Below, piece after piece: positions 45,464 to 54,621 of a stretch of DNA of 64,000 nt; position 1 is the first letter of the stretch; every line of letters starts with the position of its first letter. The DNA is from an uncultured Chloroflexia bacterium (GTDB lineage Bacteria > Chloroflexota > Ktedonobacteria > Ktedonobacterales > JADMIN01), in NCBI GenBank assembly GCA_963785845.1, contig CAWAWP010000003.1, positions 29,324-93,323 on the forward strand, in the 5' to 3' direction. A program made the translations under genes and the position numbers. The notes under the pieces are model-generated. The model saw only the letters and a program-made list of their open reading frames with translations. It was not told the origin of the DNA and made no database searches.

Positions 45464-46777
45464 CTACTCCGGTTGCACGGACGCTCGTAGACTCGCCCCT
45501 AACGGCATAAAGAGGCGCTCGGCGGCGACACGCAATCGGCGCACATAGTCTGCCGGCGCGTCATGCGCCGCGAAGACGTGAATCACCCGTGGCGCGGGCC
45601 CGCTCTGCGCCATGCGACGCAGACTCTGTACCTTGCCGGCCTCGGCGACCGGCGGCAGCCTGCGCCCTGCCCGCGAGACAACCGAAGCGACGATCACGTC
45701 ATGCGCCGGTAATGCGGATTGCAGGGCGAGATGCGCCTCAAGTTGTAGCCGTTCGCGCCACGAGACGAAAAGCGCGGCAGTCGCCTCGTCATCCGCGGCG
45801 ACCTCCGCCTCCCACACGCAGCGTGCGTACTGGCCTTCCCCCGCCCGCACGCGCTCCACCAGTCCCGCCAACCCGCGATGCAGCGCGCGTCCCAGTAAGC
45901 GCAGCGCCTGCACGTCGGTCATATCGAAGAAATCGTCCGAGACGATCCCTGTCGCGGCGCCGAGATCCACCGCCTTGCGCAGCATCGCGTGCGCCGCCAG
46001 ATTCAGATGCCCCTCATGCAAGAACGCGTAGACCGTGCTGCGGTCGCTCAGCCAGCCAAGCGCATCCGCCTCCGCACCCGCTTGCAGGTAGGTACGATCC
46101 TCACCTGCCGCCGCTGCGGGCAATGGCCGCAAGCCTCGCGCCAGTGCCACCGCATCGTACGACGCCGCGCCCATGCCGCCCGCGCGCAAGAAGCGCGCGA
46201 CGTTATCGATATTGTCGTAGTCCAGTCGGCCGTTCAGCAGCGCGCCATGCCCATCGTCGCGCCCCACAATCAGCCGTCCCACCTCCTGCCAATCCAGCCA
46301 CGCCGGCTGCTGCGCGCCCATCGTGTCGAGTGCGGCGCGCACCTCGCTAAGCAGCCGCACTGAACGCTGTTCGTGATCTTCCCCCAGCCGCTCGCGCATC
46401 AGCGTCTCCGTCAGATGCGAGAAGGGGCCATGACCGAGATCGTGGGCCAGCGCGGCGACATGCAGCGGTCGATCCTGCGGTCGCGCCAGCCGCGCCAGGT
46501 GATAGACGCCCAGCGTATGGTCGAGTCGCGAAGGGAAAGCGCGACCAAAGAGCAACTCGCCGGGCACATCGGAAAGCGAGACGCCCGCCAACCGCTGGAA
46601 CGGCGGTGTGGCGAGCATTGCCGAGGCCCAACTCGAGACGCGCAGCGTCCCATAGAGTAGATCGACCAGCGAGCGCGAGCGTGGGGCGCGTTGCATGCCA
46701 CCAGCAGGAGCTGCCCGCTCCACCGCGCCCGTCTCCTCCCCAACGTGCTCCAACCGCTCGGCGCTGGCCTTCGTCAC
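45464..46777 (-). CDS. HD-domain phosphohydrolase (COG1078-like)
   Basis: 'RLDHTLGVYHLA' and 'VAALAHDLGHGPFSHLTE'. GTG 46777 lies 9 nt after GGAG and 2 nt after the upstream gene stop. Confidence 0.85.
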   Translation of the reverse strand: MTKASAERLEHVGEETGAVERAAPAGGMQRAPRSRSLVDLLYGTLRVSSWASAMLATPPFQRLAGVSLSDVPGELLFGRAFPSRLDHTLGVYHLARLARPQDRPLHVAALAHDLGHGPFSHLTETLMRERLGEDHEQRSVRLLSEVRAALDTMGAQQPAWLDWQEVGRLIVGRDDGHGALLNGRLDYDNIDNVARFLRAGGMGAASYDAVALARGLRPLPAAAAGEDRTYLQAGAEADALGWLSDRSTVYAFLHEGHLNLAAHAMLRKAVDLGAATGIVSDDFFDMTDVQALRLLGRALHRGLAGLVERVRAGEGQYARCVWEAEVAADDEATAALFVSWRERLQLEAHLALQSALPAHDVIVASVVSRAGRRLPPVAEAGKVQSLRRMAQSGPAPRVIHVFAAHDAPADYVRRLRVAAERLFMPLGASLRASVQPE

Positions 46778-46779
46778 CG

Positions 46780-47196
46780 CTACGCTCCTCGGGGGTCGCC
46801 GGCGCCAACCATTTCGCGCTCACTGCTAGAGGCGGGGCTAGAGGCGGGCAGTCGCGCTGGCCCGCTCACCACCACCTGCGTGACCCGCACATGCTGCGCC
46901 GCCGCGCGTTTGCGCGAGCCGATCTCGCCCAGGCCGGAGAGACCATAGATCATTTCCGGCAGCACCGGCAACCAGAAGAGCAGCACCAGCCGCACCACCG
47001 TGCGCCAGTTGCGCTCACCCCGCGTCACGCGCCGCAGCGCCGTGATCAGCGAGGTTCCCCAGGCGAGCACGCTGAAGAACACGAAGCTGACGACGAGTCC
47101 CGCGTCGTCTAGCAAATTCGTGTGCGGCGACAGCGCCACCAGCACCAGCACCGCCAGTGCGGCGGATGAAAATACGAACGAAAGCAGCTTACCCAT
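46780..47196 (-). CDS. Small membrane protein, hypothetical
   Basis: Hydrophobic 'LSFVFSSAALAVLVLVAL', 'LVVSFVFFSVLAWGTSLI', 'VVRLVLLFWLPVL'. Tightly packed in front of the HD-hydrolase gene. Confidence 0.55.
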   Translation of the reverse strand: MGKLLSFVFSSAALAVLVLVALSPHTNLLDDAGLVVSFVFFSVLAWGTSLITALRRVTRGERNWRTVVRLVLLFWLPVLPEMIYGLSGLGEIGSRKRAAAQHVRVTQVVVSGPARLPASSPASSSEREMVGAGDPRGA

Positions 47197-47415
47197 ACGA
47201 ATCTATTCGAGCCTCCTTGTGCCACCGACCGGTTCCCCGGTGACTCGCCACATAGTATCGCAGATGGCGGGAACACACCGCAAATCTCAGCGCGCCTCCT
47301 TTATCCTATTCCCTGCACCCGCGGCTATTCCGGCAACCGCTCACTCCAGATATTCCCTGCTTACAACGTGGTCCCACCCGTCGTGTGGCCGCTCCGAATG
47401 CGCCGCCGCGCACCC

Positions 47416-47444
47416 TTGCGCTCGCCCGCGCGCCATGGTATACT
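47416..47444 (+). promoter_or_regulatory. Sigma-70-like promoter with extended -10
   Basis: TTGCGC (47416-47421), 17-nt spacer, TGg TATACT (47436-47444), about 410 nt upstream of GH31 ATG 47858. Confidence 0.35.
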
Positions 47445-47574
47445 GTATTAGAACTTCCATTCTCAATTAGGCGTTTGGCAACGCCTGCATCCTTCACCTC
47501 CGCCCATCTCTCTCCCCTTCACGCTGCTCCCTATGCTCCCACCTCGCCGCGGCCTCCGGACGCCGATCACGATG

Positions 47575-47598
47575 AAAAAGCGGAAGAAAACGGAAATT
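47575..47598 (+). repeat. Copy B of 24-nt purine-rich motif AAAAAGCGGAAGAAAACGGAAATT
   Basis: 22/24 identical to 29033-29056. Its CGGAAATT end is complementary to AATTTCCG at 47696-47703 and partly to ATTTCCG at 47673-47679. Confidence 0.8.
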
Positions 47599-47857
47599 AA
47601 ATTCCCCCTCTGCCAGCCTCATTCAATCGCTCCATCCAGCGACAAACCCTGAAATCATGAGGATCGCTCGTCATTTCCGCCACGACACGTGCAACAATTT
47701 CCGCTTCCCGCACAAGCCCTCTTAATCAACAGTCCCCATACGCCAATCCGTTCCGTCGCTCGCTCCCTCCCCGCCGTCTCGTGTACTATGCTCTGGTGCG
47801 CGGACGCTGGCGGATGGCGGCGTGGGGCCGCGCGATCTGCGAGGAGGACTCAGCGCA

Positions 47858-50380
47858 ATGGCCCAGAACTCGAACGTCGTGCTGACCGGCTACCAGCCCC
47901 TTGGCGCCGTGACGCCCGATCCTGCCGCCAGCGCAGCGCGTGAATGGCACTTCACCGCGGCGGACGGCTCCCACGTCTCCGTCGCCCTGCTGGCCCCCGA
48001 TCTCGCCCGCGTCCGCTATCAACCGCCGCGAGTCGCGGCCGCCCGCTCCTGGGCCGTGGACCGCGTGGACCCGCGCGACTGGCCTGATTTCCACGTCGCC
48101 ACCGAAACCGGCGAGAACGGCTGTCTGCTCTTCACCACCTCCGCTCTGCGCCTCGAAGCCACGCTCGATCCCTTTCGCCTGCGTTGGTCCTGGCCCGACG
48201 GCCGGCCATTCGCCGAAGACGATACGCGCCTCGGCATGGGCCACGTCGTGCCGCATACCCCGACCGACATCCCCGATGTCTCCCTACCTCCCGGGTCCGT
48301 CCGTGGCCACCTGCGCCTGGCGCCCGGCGAGCGCATCCTCGGCGGCGGCGAACGCACCTCCGCTCTAGATAAGCGCGGCCAGCGGCTGGTCTACTGGAAC
48401 GTCGATCCCGAACAGCCACACGGCCCCGAGACGCGCAACATGTACGCATCCTTCCCGTTCTGGCTCGGCCTGCGCGGTGGGCGTACCTACGGCGTCTTCC
48501 TCGACACCGTGCGTCGCGCGGACCTCGACGCTGGCGCCACCCGCCCCGATCTCCTCAGCTTTGGCGCCTTCGGCGGCGACCTCACGTACTACCTCTTCGC
48601 CGGGCCGACTCCCGACGCCGTGCTCGCGCGCTACGCCGACCTCACCGGCCACACGCCGCTGCCGCCGCTCTGGGCGCTCGGCTACGGCCAGTGCCGTTGG
48701 AGCTACTATCCCGAGGCCCAGGTCCGCGACATCGCCGCACAGTTCCGTGCCCGCCAGATTCCCTGCGACCACCTCTGGCTCGATATCGACTACATGGACG
48801 GCTTCCGCGTCTTCACCTTCAACCCGCGCCGCTTCCCAGACCCCAAGCGGCTGATGGACGACCTCAACGCGCAAGGCTTCAAGGTCGTCACCATCATCGA
48901 CCCCGGCGTCAAGGCCGATCCCACCGATCCCACCTTCGCCAGCGGCCTCGCCAGCGACTACTTCGTGCGCCGCGGCGACGGCACGCTCTTCACCGGCGTC
49001 GTCTGGCCCGGCGAGAGCGTCTTCCCCGACTTCAGCCGCGCCGACGTGCGTGCGTGGTGGGGCGAGCGCCACCGCCTGTTGCTCGATGCCGGCGTCACCG
49101 CGATCTGGGACGACATGAACGAGCCCGCGCTGACGGATCGCTTCGTCCCCGACGGTGGCGTCCCGCGTGGCACCACCCTCACAACCGACGGCGTGCATCA
49201 CCCAGGCGGTCCCGAGGCCGCACCGCTCCCGCATGCCGCCTTCCACAACGCCTATGGCGCGCAGATGGCGCGGGCCACGCGCGAGGGTCTGCTGCGCCTG
49301 CGCCCCGACGAGCGCCCCTTCGTCCTCACGCGCTCCGGCTACGCCGGCGTCCAGCGCTACGCCGCGATCTGGACCGGCGATAACCGCAGCGACTGGGAGT
49401 ACCTGCGTCTCGCCGCGCGCATGTGCCTCGCCTTCGGTATGGCAGGCATCCCGTTCTGTGGCTTCGATACCGGTGGCTTCTGGGGCACTGCTACGGGCCA
49501 TCTGCTCGTCCGCTGGACACAGCTCGGTGCCGTCTTCCCCTTCTTCCGCAACCACAGCGCCCTTGAGACCCCCGCGCAGGAGCCGTGGGTCTTCGGCCAG
49601 CCCTACGAGTCCCTGATCCGTGACGCCATCGAACTGCGTTACCGCCTACTTCCCTATCTCTACACCGCCTTTGAGGAGTCCAGCCGCACCGGCGCGCCTA
49701 TCGCTCGCCCGCTGATCTTCTCCTACCCCGAAGATGAATCCCTCGCCATGATAGACGATGAGCACCTGTTGGGTCGCGATCTCCTCTGCGCCCCCGTCGT
49801 CGAGGAGCGTGACCCCGCGCGCTTCGTCACCTTCCCGCGCGGCGTCTGGGTAGACTGGCTCAGCGGCGAGCGCATCGTCGGCCCCCTACGTCGCCGCGTC
49901 GATTCCCCGCTCGACGTCCTGCCGCTCTTCGCCCGCGAAGGGTCCATTATTCCCCTCGGCCCCGTCCTGCAATACGTCGGCGAAAAGCCCCAAGACCCGA
50001 TCACCCTTGCCTGCTATCTCGGCCTCGCACCCGTCGCCGCCGAAGGCGCCCTCTACGAAGACGACGGCGCCACCCAAGCCTACACGGGTGGCGCATGGCG
50101 CCGCACCCGTTTCACCGCCCGCCGCACCGAGCACGACGTCACCCTCACCGCCGAGCAGCCCGACGGCAGCTACGACGGCCAGCCGCACGAGTGGGTCGTC
50201 GAGTTGCACCTACCCCACACGGGCCGCCTCGACGGCCAGCGTCCCGCCATCACCAATGCGCACCTGGGTGACGCATCGCTCGCACCCGGCGAAGCCTTCG
50301 CCCGCCGCCACGAAACCGTCCTGCGCCTCCCTCTTGGCCGCGTCGCCGCCCCCTTCACCGTCGCGGTAACGCTGGCATGA
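47858..50380 (+). CDS. Glycoside hydrolase family 31 alpha-glucosidase
   Basis: 'HLWLDIDYMDGFRVFTF' and 'TAIWDDMNEPAL' (GH31 W-x-D-M-N-E nucleophile signature). GAGGAGG RBS before ATG 47858. Confidence 0.93.
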   Translation: MAQNSNVVLTGYQPLGAVTPDPAASAAREWHFTAADGSHVSVALLAPDLARVRYQPPRVAAARSWAVDRVDPRDWPDFHVATETGENGCLLFTTSALRLEATLDPFRLRWSWPDGRPFAEDDTRLGMGHVVPHTPTDIPDVSLPPGSVRGHLRLAPGERILGGGERTSALDKRGQRLVYWNVDPEQPHGPETRNMYASFPFWLGLRGGRTYGVFLDTVRRADLDAGATRPDLLSFGAFGGDLTYYLFAGPTPDAVLARYADLTGHTPLPPLWALGYGQCRWSYYPEAQVRDIAAQFRARQIPCDHLWLDIDYMDGFRVFTFNPRRFPDPKRLMDDLNAQGFKVVTIIDPGVKADPTDPTFASGLASDYFVRRGDGTLFTGVVWPGESVFPDFSRADVRAWWGERHRLLLDAGVTAIWDDMNEPALTDRFVPDGGVPRGTTLTTDGVHHPGGPEAAPLPHAAFHNAYGAQMARATREGLLRLRPDERPFVLTRSGYAGVQRYAAIWTGDNRSDWEYLRLAARMCLAFGMAGIPFCGFDTGGFWGTATGHLLVRWTQLGAVFPFFRNHSALETPAQEPWVFGQPYESLIRDAIELRYRLLPYLYTAFEESSRTGAPIARPLIFSYPEDESLAMIDDEHLLGRDLLCAPVVEERDPARFVTFPRGVWVDWLSGERIVGPLRRRVDSPLDVLPLFAREGSIIPLGPVLQYVGEKPQDPITLACYLGLAPVAAEGALYEDDGATQAYTGGAWRRTRFTARRTEHDVTLTAEQPDGSYDGQPHEWVVELHLPHTGRLDGQRPAITNAHLGDASLAPGEAFARRHETVLRLPLGRVAAPFTVAVTLA

Positions 50381-50417
50381 GGAGATCGCTGCAGTAGCGA
50401 AAGGACGTGAGAGACGC

Positions 50418-51599
50418 ATGCCGCGAGAGCCCGCGCCAGTCAAGAGCACGCCGCGTCCCGCCAGCCAGGGTGACTTGAACGTCGCCAGCGCAGCGCACGA
50501 GCGCGCGCCGCGATCCTGGCCCGCGCTGCTGCTGCTCTTCGTCCTCGCGCCGCTCTTTGGTGAAGTCCTCTCCACCTCCACCACGCCGCTCGACCTCCTC
50601 TACGACCCCGCGCGACTCCTTTGGACGCCCGCGCTCTATGGCTCAGGGGCCATCCTGGTGCGCGAGCTCGCGCGGCGGCGTGGCCTGGGCTGGCCCAGCC
50701 TGCTCACCCTCGGCGCGGCCTACGGCGTCCTCGAAGAGGCGCTGATCGTCAATACCTGGTTCAATCCCGACGGAGCTGTCGGCGCGCTCGGCATCTATGG
50801 GCGCGTCTGGGGCATCAACACAATCTGGGCGCTGGAATTGACCGTCTTTCATGCCGTGATCAGCATCTGCGTCCCCATCGTGCTCGCAGAGGCAGCCTTC
50901 CCGCGGATTGCGGCACGGCCCTGGCTGCGCCGGCGCGGCATCGTCTGCTTCACGATCCTCATCAGCCTCGTCGGCGTCCTCGGGCTCCTCGTCTGGGGCT
51001 TCCCCAAAGGCGATACGACCTATCCGCACCCACCCGTCCCGCAATATTTCGTGGCCGTGGCCCTCGTGGTGGTTCTGCTGCTCATCGCCCTGCGTCTCGC
51101 GCCGCGCCAACCCATCCAGAGCGACCACACGCCTGCCCCCACCACCCGTCGGGCCTACTGGTCGGCGCTGGCGGCAATCTTCGCCTTCATCTTCACGCTC
51201 TACACCTTCTTGGGGCTCAAGCTGCCTGCCTTGCTGACCTTCGGCTCAATGGCCGCGATCGTCCTGCTGATCGCCGTCACGGTCACGCGCTGGTCGCGGC
51301 GCGCCGGCTGGGGCGAGCGGCATCGCGTCGCGCTGGCGGCGGGCGCGCTCACTTTCTGGCTGCTCTTCTCGCCCATCGTTGAACTCACGTCTGGCGACGC
51401 GATAGATGCAGCCGCCACCGCACTGCTCGCCCTCATGCTGGCGTTCTGGTTGCGGCGGCTCCTCCACCAGGCCGCGCTGCGTGACACTGCCGCGTCCCCA
51501 GGCGTCACTGCGCCGCAGTCTGTTCCGCCAGCAGTGGCATCACAACCTCATCGGCCAGCCGCTGCACACCGCCGTCTGGATAGGGATAGCGCAGGTTGA
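50418..51599 (+). CDS. Polytopic membrane protein, hypothetical
   Basis: At least 8 hydrophobic segments. No family recognised. The 3' tail overlaps the convergent LLM gene by 95 nt. Confidence 0.65.
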   Translation: MPREPAPVKSTPRPASQGDLNVASAAHERAPRSWPALLLLFVLAPLFGEVLSTSTTPLDLLYDPARLLWTPALYGSGAILVRELARRRGLGWPSLLTLGAAYGVLEEALIVNTWFNPDGAVGALGIYGRVWGINTIWALELTVFHAVISICVPIVLAEAAFPRIAARPWLRRRGIVCFTILISLVGVLGLLVWGFPKGDTTYPHPPVPQYFVAVALVVVLLLIALRLAPRQPIQSDHTPAPTTRRAYWSALAAIFAFIFTLYTFLGLKLPALLTFGSMAAIVLLIAVTVTRWSRRAGWGERHRVALAAGALTFWLLFSPIVELTSGDAIDAAATALLALMLAFWLRRLLHQAALRDTAASPGVTAPQSVPPAVASQPHRPAAAHRRLDRDSAG

Positions 51600-52392
51600 G
51601 AATCAGGTGGTTCGCGCCTGCGGCGATATACGCCCGCAACTGATCGCGCGTCTCCGCCAGATTCGCGAAGTTGGTCATCTGTTGTACCGAGCGCTTGATC
51701 GCGCCAGGGTCGCGGCCAATCTCGGCGCAGTGTGCATCGAGCACCGCCGACTTGTGCTGAAACAACTCCACCGATCCGCCTACGAAGTTCCAGATGTCGG
51801 CGTACTTCGCCACCATGCGCAGCGTCAACTGCTCGCCGCCACCGCCAATGGTGATCGGTGGATATGGCTTCTGCACGGGCTTGGGATTGCTCATCGCATC
51901 CTTCAACTGGTAATACGTCCCGTCGAAGTTCGCGCGGTCCTCGGTCCAGAGCAGCCGCGCCACCTCACACGCCTCACCCATCCGCCGGATGCGCTCACCC
52001 GGCGCATAGAGCGGGATGCCGTAGGACTCGTGCTCCAGTTCATTCCAGCCCGCGCCGATGCCAAAGTCCAGCCGCCCATGCGAGATAATGTCCACGGTAG
52101 TCGCCATGTTCGCCAGCACCGCCGGGTGGCGATACGTATTGCCGGTCACCATGATCCCCACCCGAATGCGCTCCGTCCGCGCGGCCAGAGCGGCGAGCAG
52201 CGTCCACCCTTCGAGGCAATCGCCCGTGGGGTCCGGCCCTAGCGAGGTGAAGTGATCGAAGAGCCAGGCGTGCTCCAAGACCGGGATCGCGTCCGCCTCT
52301 TGCCAGACGCCGAGCATTGCCTCATAGGTGGTGAACTGCGGTGCGGTCTTGATGCCGAAGCTGAGCCGCGAAGCCGAAGGTACAGATGCCAT
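51505..52392 (-). CDS. Luciferase-like monooxygenase (LLM) class flavin/F420-dependent oxidoreductase
   Basis: 'FGIKTAPQFTTYEAMLGVWQEAD..WLFDHF', 'GRLDFGIGAGWNELEHESYG'. ATG 52392 after GGGAGGA. Confidence 0.88.
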   Translation of the reverse strand: MASVPSASRLSFGIKTAPQFTTYEAMLGVWQEADAIPVLEHAWLFDHFTSLGPDPTGDCLEGWTLLAALAARTERIRVGIMVTGNTYRHPAVLANMATTVDIISHGRLDFGIGAGWNELEHESYGIPLYAPGERIRRMGEACEVARLLWTEDRANFDGTYYQLKDAMSNPKPVQKPYPPITIGGGGEQLTLRMVAKYADIWNFVGGSVELFQHKSAVLDAHCAEIGRDPGAIKRSVQQMTNFANLAETRDQLRAYIAAGANHLILNLRYPYPDGGVQRLADEVVMPLLAEQTAAQ

Positions 52393-52479
52393 GCGAATCC
52401 TCCCCGCAACCAAAGAATCTCCACAGGAGTTGTATGGCGAAACGCAGGTCGCGCGCCAGCATCCCCGTCGCAGCCGCGC

Positions 52480-52965
52480 CTACAGGTCATCCGCCAGTGG
52501 AGGCGTCAGCGCCACACCGAAATCCGTGGTCCACTCGTGGCGCGAGCGCTCCTCGAAGAGCGCGAAAGCGGCGGCTCGCTGCGCCTCGAACGTCGCGCGG
52601 TCGCACGCGTTGATCCGTAAGAAGTGTGCGACGACCCGCTCGTAGTCGAGCTTGCCCTCTGCCGCCAGGCGGCTAGCCATGCCCAGATGCTTGACGTGAT
52701 GGCAGAGCGCGCAGAGCGCCAGACAGCCTTCGAGCGATTGCACATGCGCCGCGTCGTCGTACCGCCAGACCTCGTGGCAGTGCAGGCGCCCGCCAGCGCC
52801 GCAGACAGCGCAGCGATTGCCGAAGGCGGCAAGCACGCGCTTTCGCAGCGCATCCCACCCGGCGGGCGTCAACACGTCGCGCAGGTTCGCCTGCCAACAG
52901 GGCGCCGGCACCAGCTCAATGCTCAGCCGCAACGGCTGTGCGCTCTTATCAGCACCATGATACAT
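52480..52965 (-). CDS. HNH/His-Me-finger-like Cys/His-rich protein, hypothetical
   Basis: 'NRCAVCGAGGRLHCHEVWRYDD' and 'LCALCHHVKHLG' (CxxC..CH, CxxCHxxxH). ATG 52965 lies 7 nt after GGAG. Confidence 0.55.
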   Translation of the reverse strand: MYHGADKSAQPLRLSIELVPAPCWQANLRDVLTPAGWDALRKRVLAAFGNRCAVCGAGGRLHCHEVWRYDDAAHVQSLEGCLALCALCHHVKHLGMASRLAAEGKLDYERVVAHFLRINACDRATFEAQRAAAFALFEERSRHEWTTDFGVALTPPLADDL

Positions 52966-53100
52966 CGCTTCACTCCGCACACAGGGCCTCTCTCACAACG
53001 CCATCCAGTTCTGGAAGGTTAAGCATCGCGGCTCACACTCGTTCTATCTCTGTCGCCAGAAATCAGCGCCAAAGATTCATGAATTCACAACTTCTGCCTC

Positions 53101-54621
53101 ATGGTGGAATTCGCTGTGCCAGACCATGCGACTTGGGCGGGTTGGCGCTTGGCGTGGGGGTGGGCGCGCGAGATGACGAGACGACATACGACAGCGCTGC
53201 GGCAAAAAAGCTGGCCCCTATGGCCCTATGTGCCACCGCGTTATGCCGCCGTGGCGCTAGGCGTTCTGCTCTTCGCTGTAGGTCACTTCGTATTCTACGA
53301 TGTGCTCAGGTCAACGACCGTCAAGCCAGACGCCGTGATTCCGCCAGCGGCGTACCTGCTCGGCATGGGATGCCTGGTAGCGGCCGGTCTCCGAGTTCAC
53401 TTGCCGCGAGCGGTAAAGCGCCTCTACGACAAAGCTTACCCGGTGACCCTCATCATCGCCATCGTTCTCGCGGTGATCACCGTTGGACTCGTGCTGTTCT
53501 CTGCTACGGCTGCCGCCATCGTGCCGGGCGCAAATCTATACAGCTCCGACGTCATGGCGTTCTCGCACTTCGACGCCGCGACCATCCTTGCTGGACACAA
53601 CCCTTACACCAGTGATACCGCCATCTCAGATGCGCTCCGTCAGTTTCCCCTTGCCTCCATTACCCCACTCAGGCAAGGCATATTCGGCACAGGGTATGTG
53701 TATCCTTCCACCGCTGCCATCGCCAGCGCCGAGCAGAGCTTTCTCCGCGACCCGCGCCTCGTCGCGGCGGCGATCGATCCTGCGACGCTGCACAGCTATC
53801 CGGCGCTCGCCTACCTGCTCTACGTGCCTATTCTCTGGCTTGGCGTCTCAAATATCTTGCTCGTCAATTACATCGTCTTCTTCGGTTTAGTGGCTTGGCT
53901 TGTGGTGATAGCGTCGGGTATAGAGTGCCGCTGGGTCGCGCTGCTCGCGCTTGCGGCCGTCACGATTCCGCTGATGTCTCTGCTGGCGGATACCGAGATC
54001 ATCTGCTTCGCGTTTCTCCTTCCAGCGTGGCACTATCGAGAGCGCCGTTGGCTAAGCGCGCTATTGCTGGGGTTAGGGTGCGCCTTCAAGCAATACTGCT
54101 GGTATTTCGCACCCTTCTTCCTGCTAGATACACTCCGCGTCTTCGGTTGGAGAGAAGCGGCACGGCGCGCGGTGCTCACCTTCGGTGTGTTCCTCGTTCC
54201 AAATCTACCCTTCCTTCTCCTCAACCCACTCGCCTGGCTTCACTCGCTGTGGCTCCCCATAACTGATCCCATGTTCCCGATGGGCGAAGGTATCGTCGCG
54301 CTCTCGCTGGGGAGCCTCCTGCCATTTGCCGCGCCCTCGGCCTACGCAATCTTCGAACTGATAGCCCTGGGCGCCTGTCTCTGGGCGGGCTGGCGCTGGC
54401 ATCATCTGCTCGGCGACGGGCTACCTCTCTTGGCGCTCATCCCGCTGCTCTTCGCCTTCCGCTCGCTGCCCAATTATTTCGCCTTCGCGCCGTGGCTCGC
54501 GCTGTATGCCGCGTCGCAGTTGTACAAATCGCCCAACACCGTCACTCCATCTTCCAAACCACCTGTTATAGTCGAGCGCGTTCCTTCGGCTGTGGACACC
54601 GCGGAGGCAGTCTTTCCATGA
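53101..54621 (+). CDS. Polytopic membrane protein, GT-C/DUF2029-like (tentative)
   Basis: At least 10 hydrophobic segments with a soluble loop 'HNPYTSDTAISDALRQFP..'. The stop overlaps the next gene start (ATGA). Start may be the internal MTRRH. Confidence 0.7.
   Translation: MVEFAVPDHATWAGWRLAWGWAREMTRRHTTALRQKSWPLWPYVPPRYAAVALGVLLFAVGHFVFYDVLRSTTVKPDAVIPPAAYLLGMGCLVAAGLRVHLPRAVKRLYDKAYPVTLIIAIVLAVITVGLVLFSATAAAIVPGANLYSSDVMAFSHFDAATILAGHNPYTSDTAISDALRQFPLASITPLRQGIFGTGYVYPSTAAIASAEQSFLRDPRLVAAAIDPATLHSYPALAYLLYVPILWLGVSNILLVNYIVFFGLVAWLVVIASGIECRWVALLALAAVTIPLMSLLADTEIICFAFLLPAWHYRERRWLSALLLGLGCAFKQYCWYFAPFFLLDTLRVFGWREAARRAVLTFGVFLVPNLPFLLLNPLAWLHSLWLPITDPMFPMGEGIVALSLGSLLPFAAPSAYAIFELIALGACLWAGWRWHHLLGDGLPLLALIPLLFAFRSLPNYFAFAPWLALYAASQLYKSPNTVTPSSKPPVIVERVPSAVDTAEAVFP

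Noticed and set aside
51505-51599. 95-nt convergent overlap between the 50418..51599 membrane-protein ORF and the LLM gene as a sign of another frameshift
   Set aside because: Stop codons are rare in GC-rich DNA, so 3' tails run on. The overlapping tail is low-complexity (Ala/Pro/Ser/Arg), and I found no alternative frame with a more convincing C-terminus.
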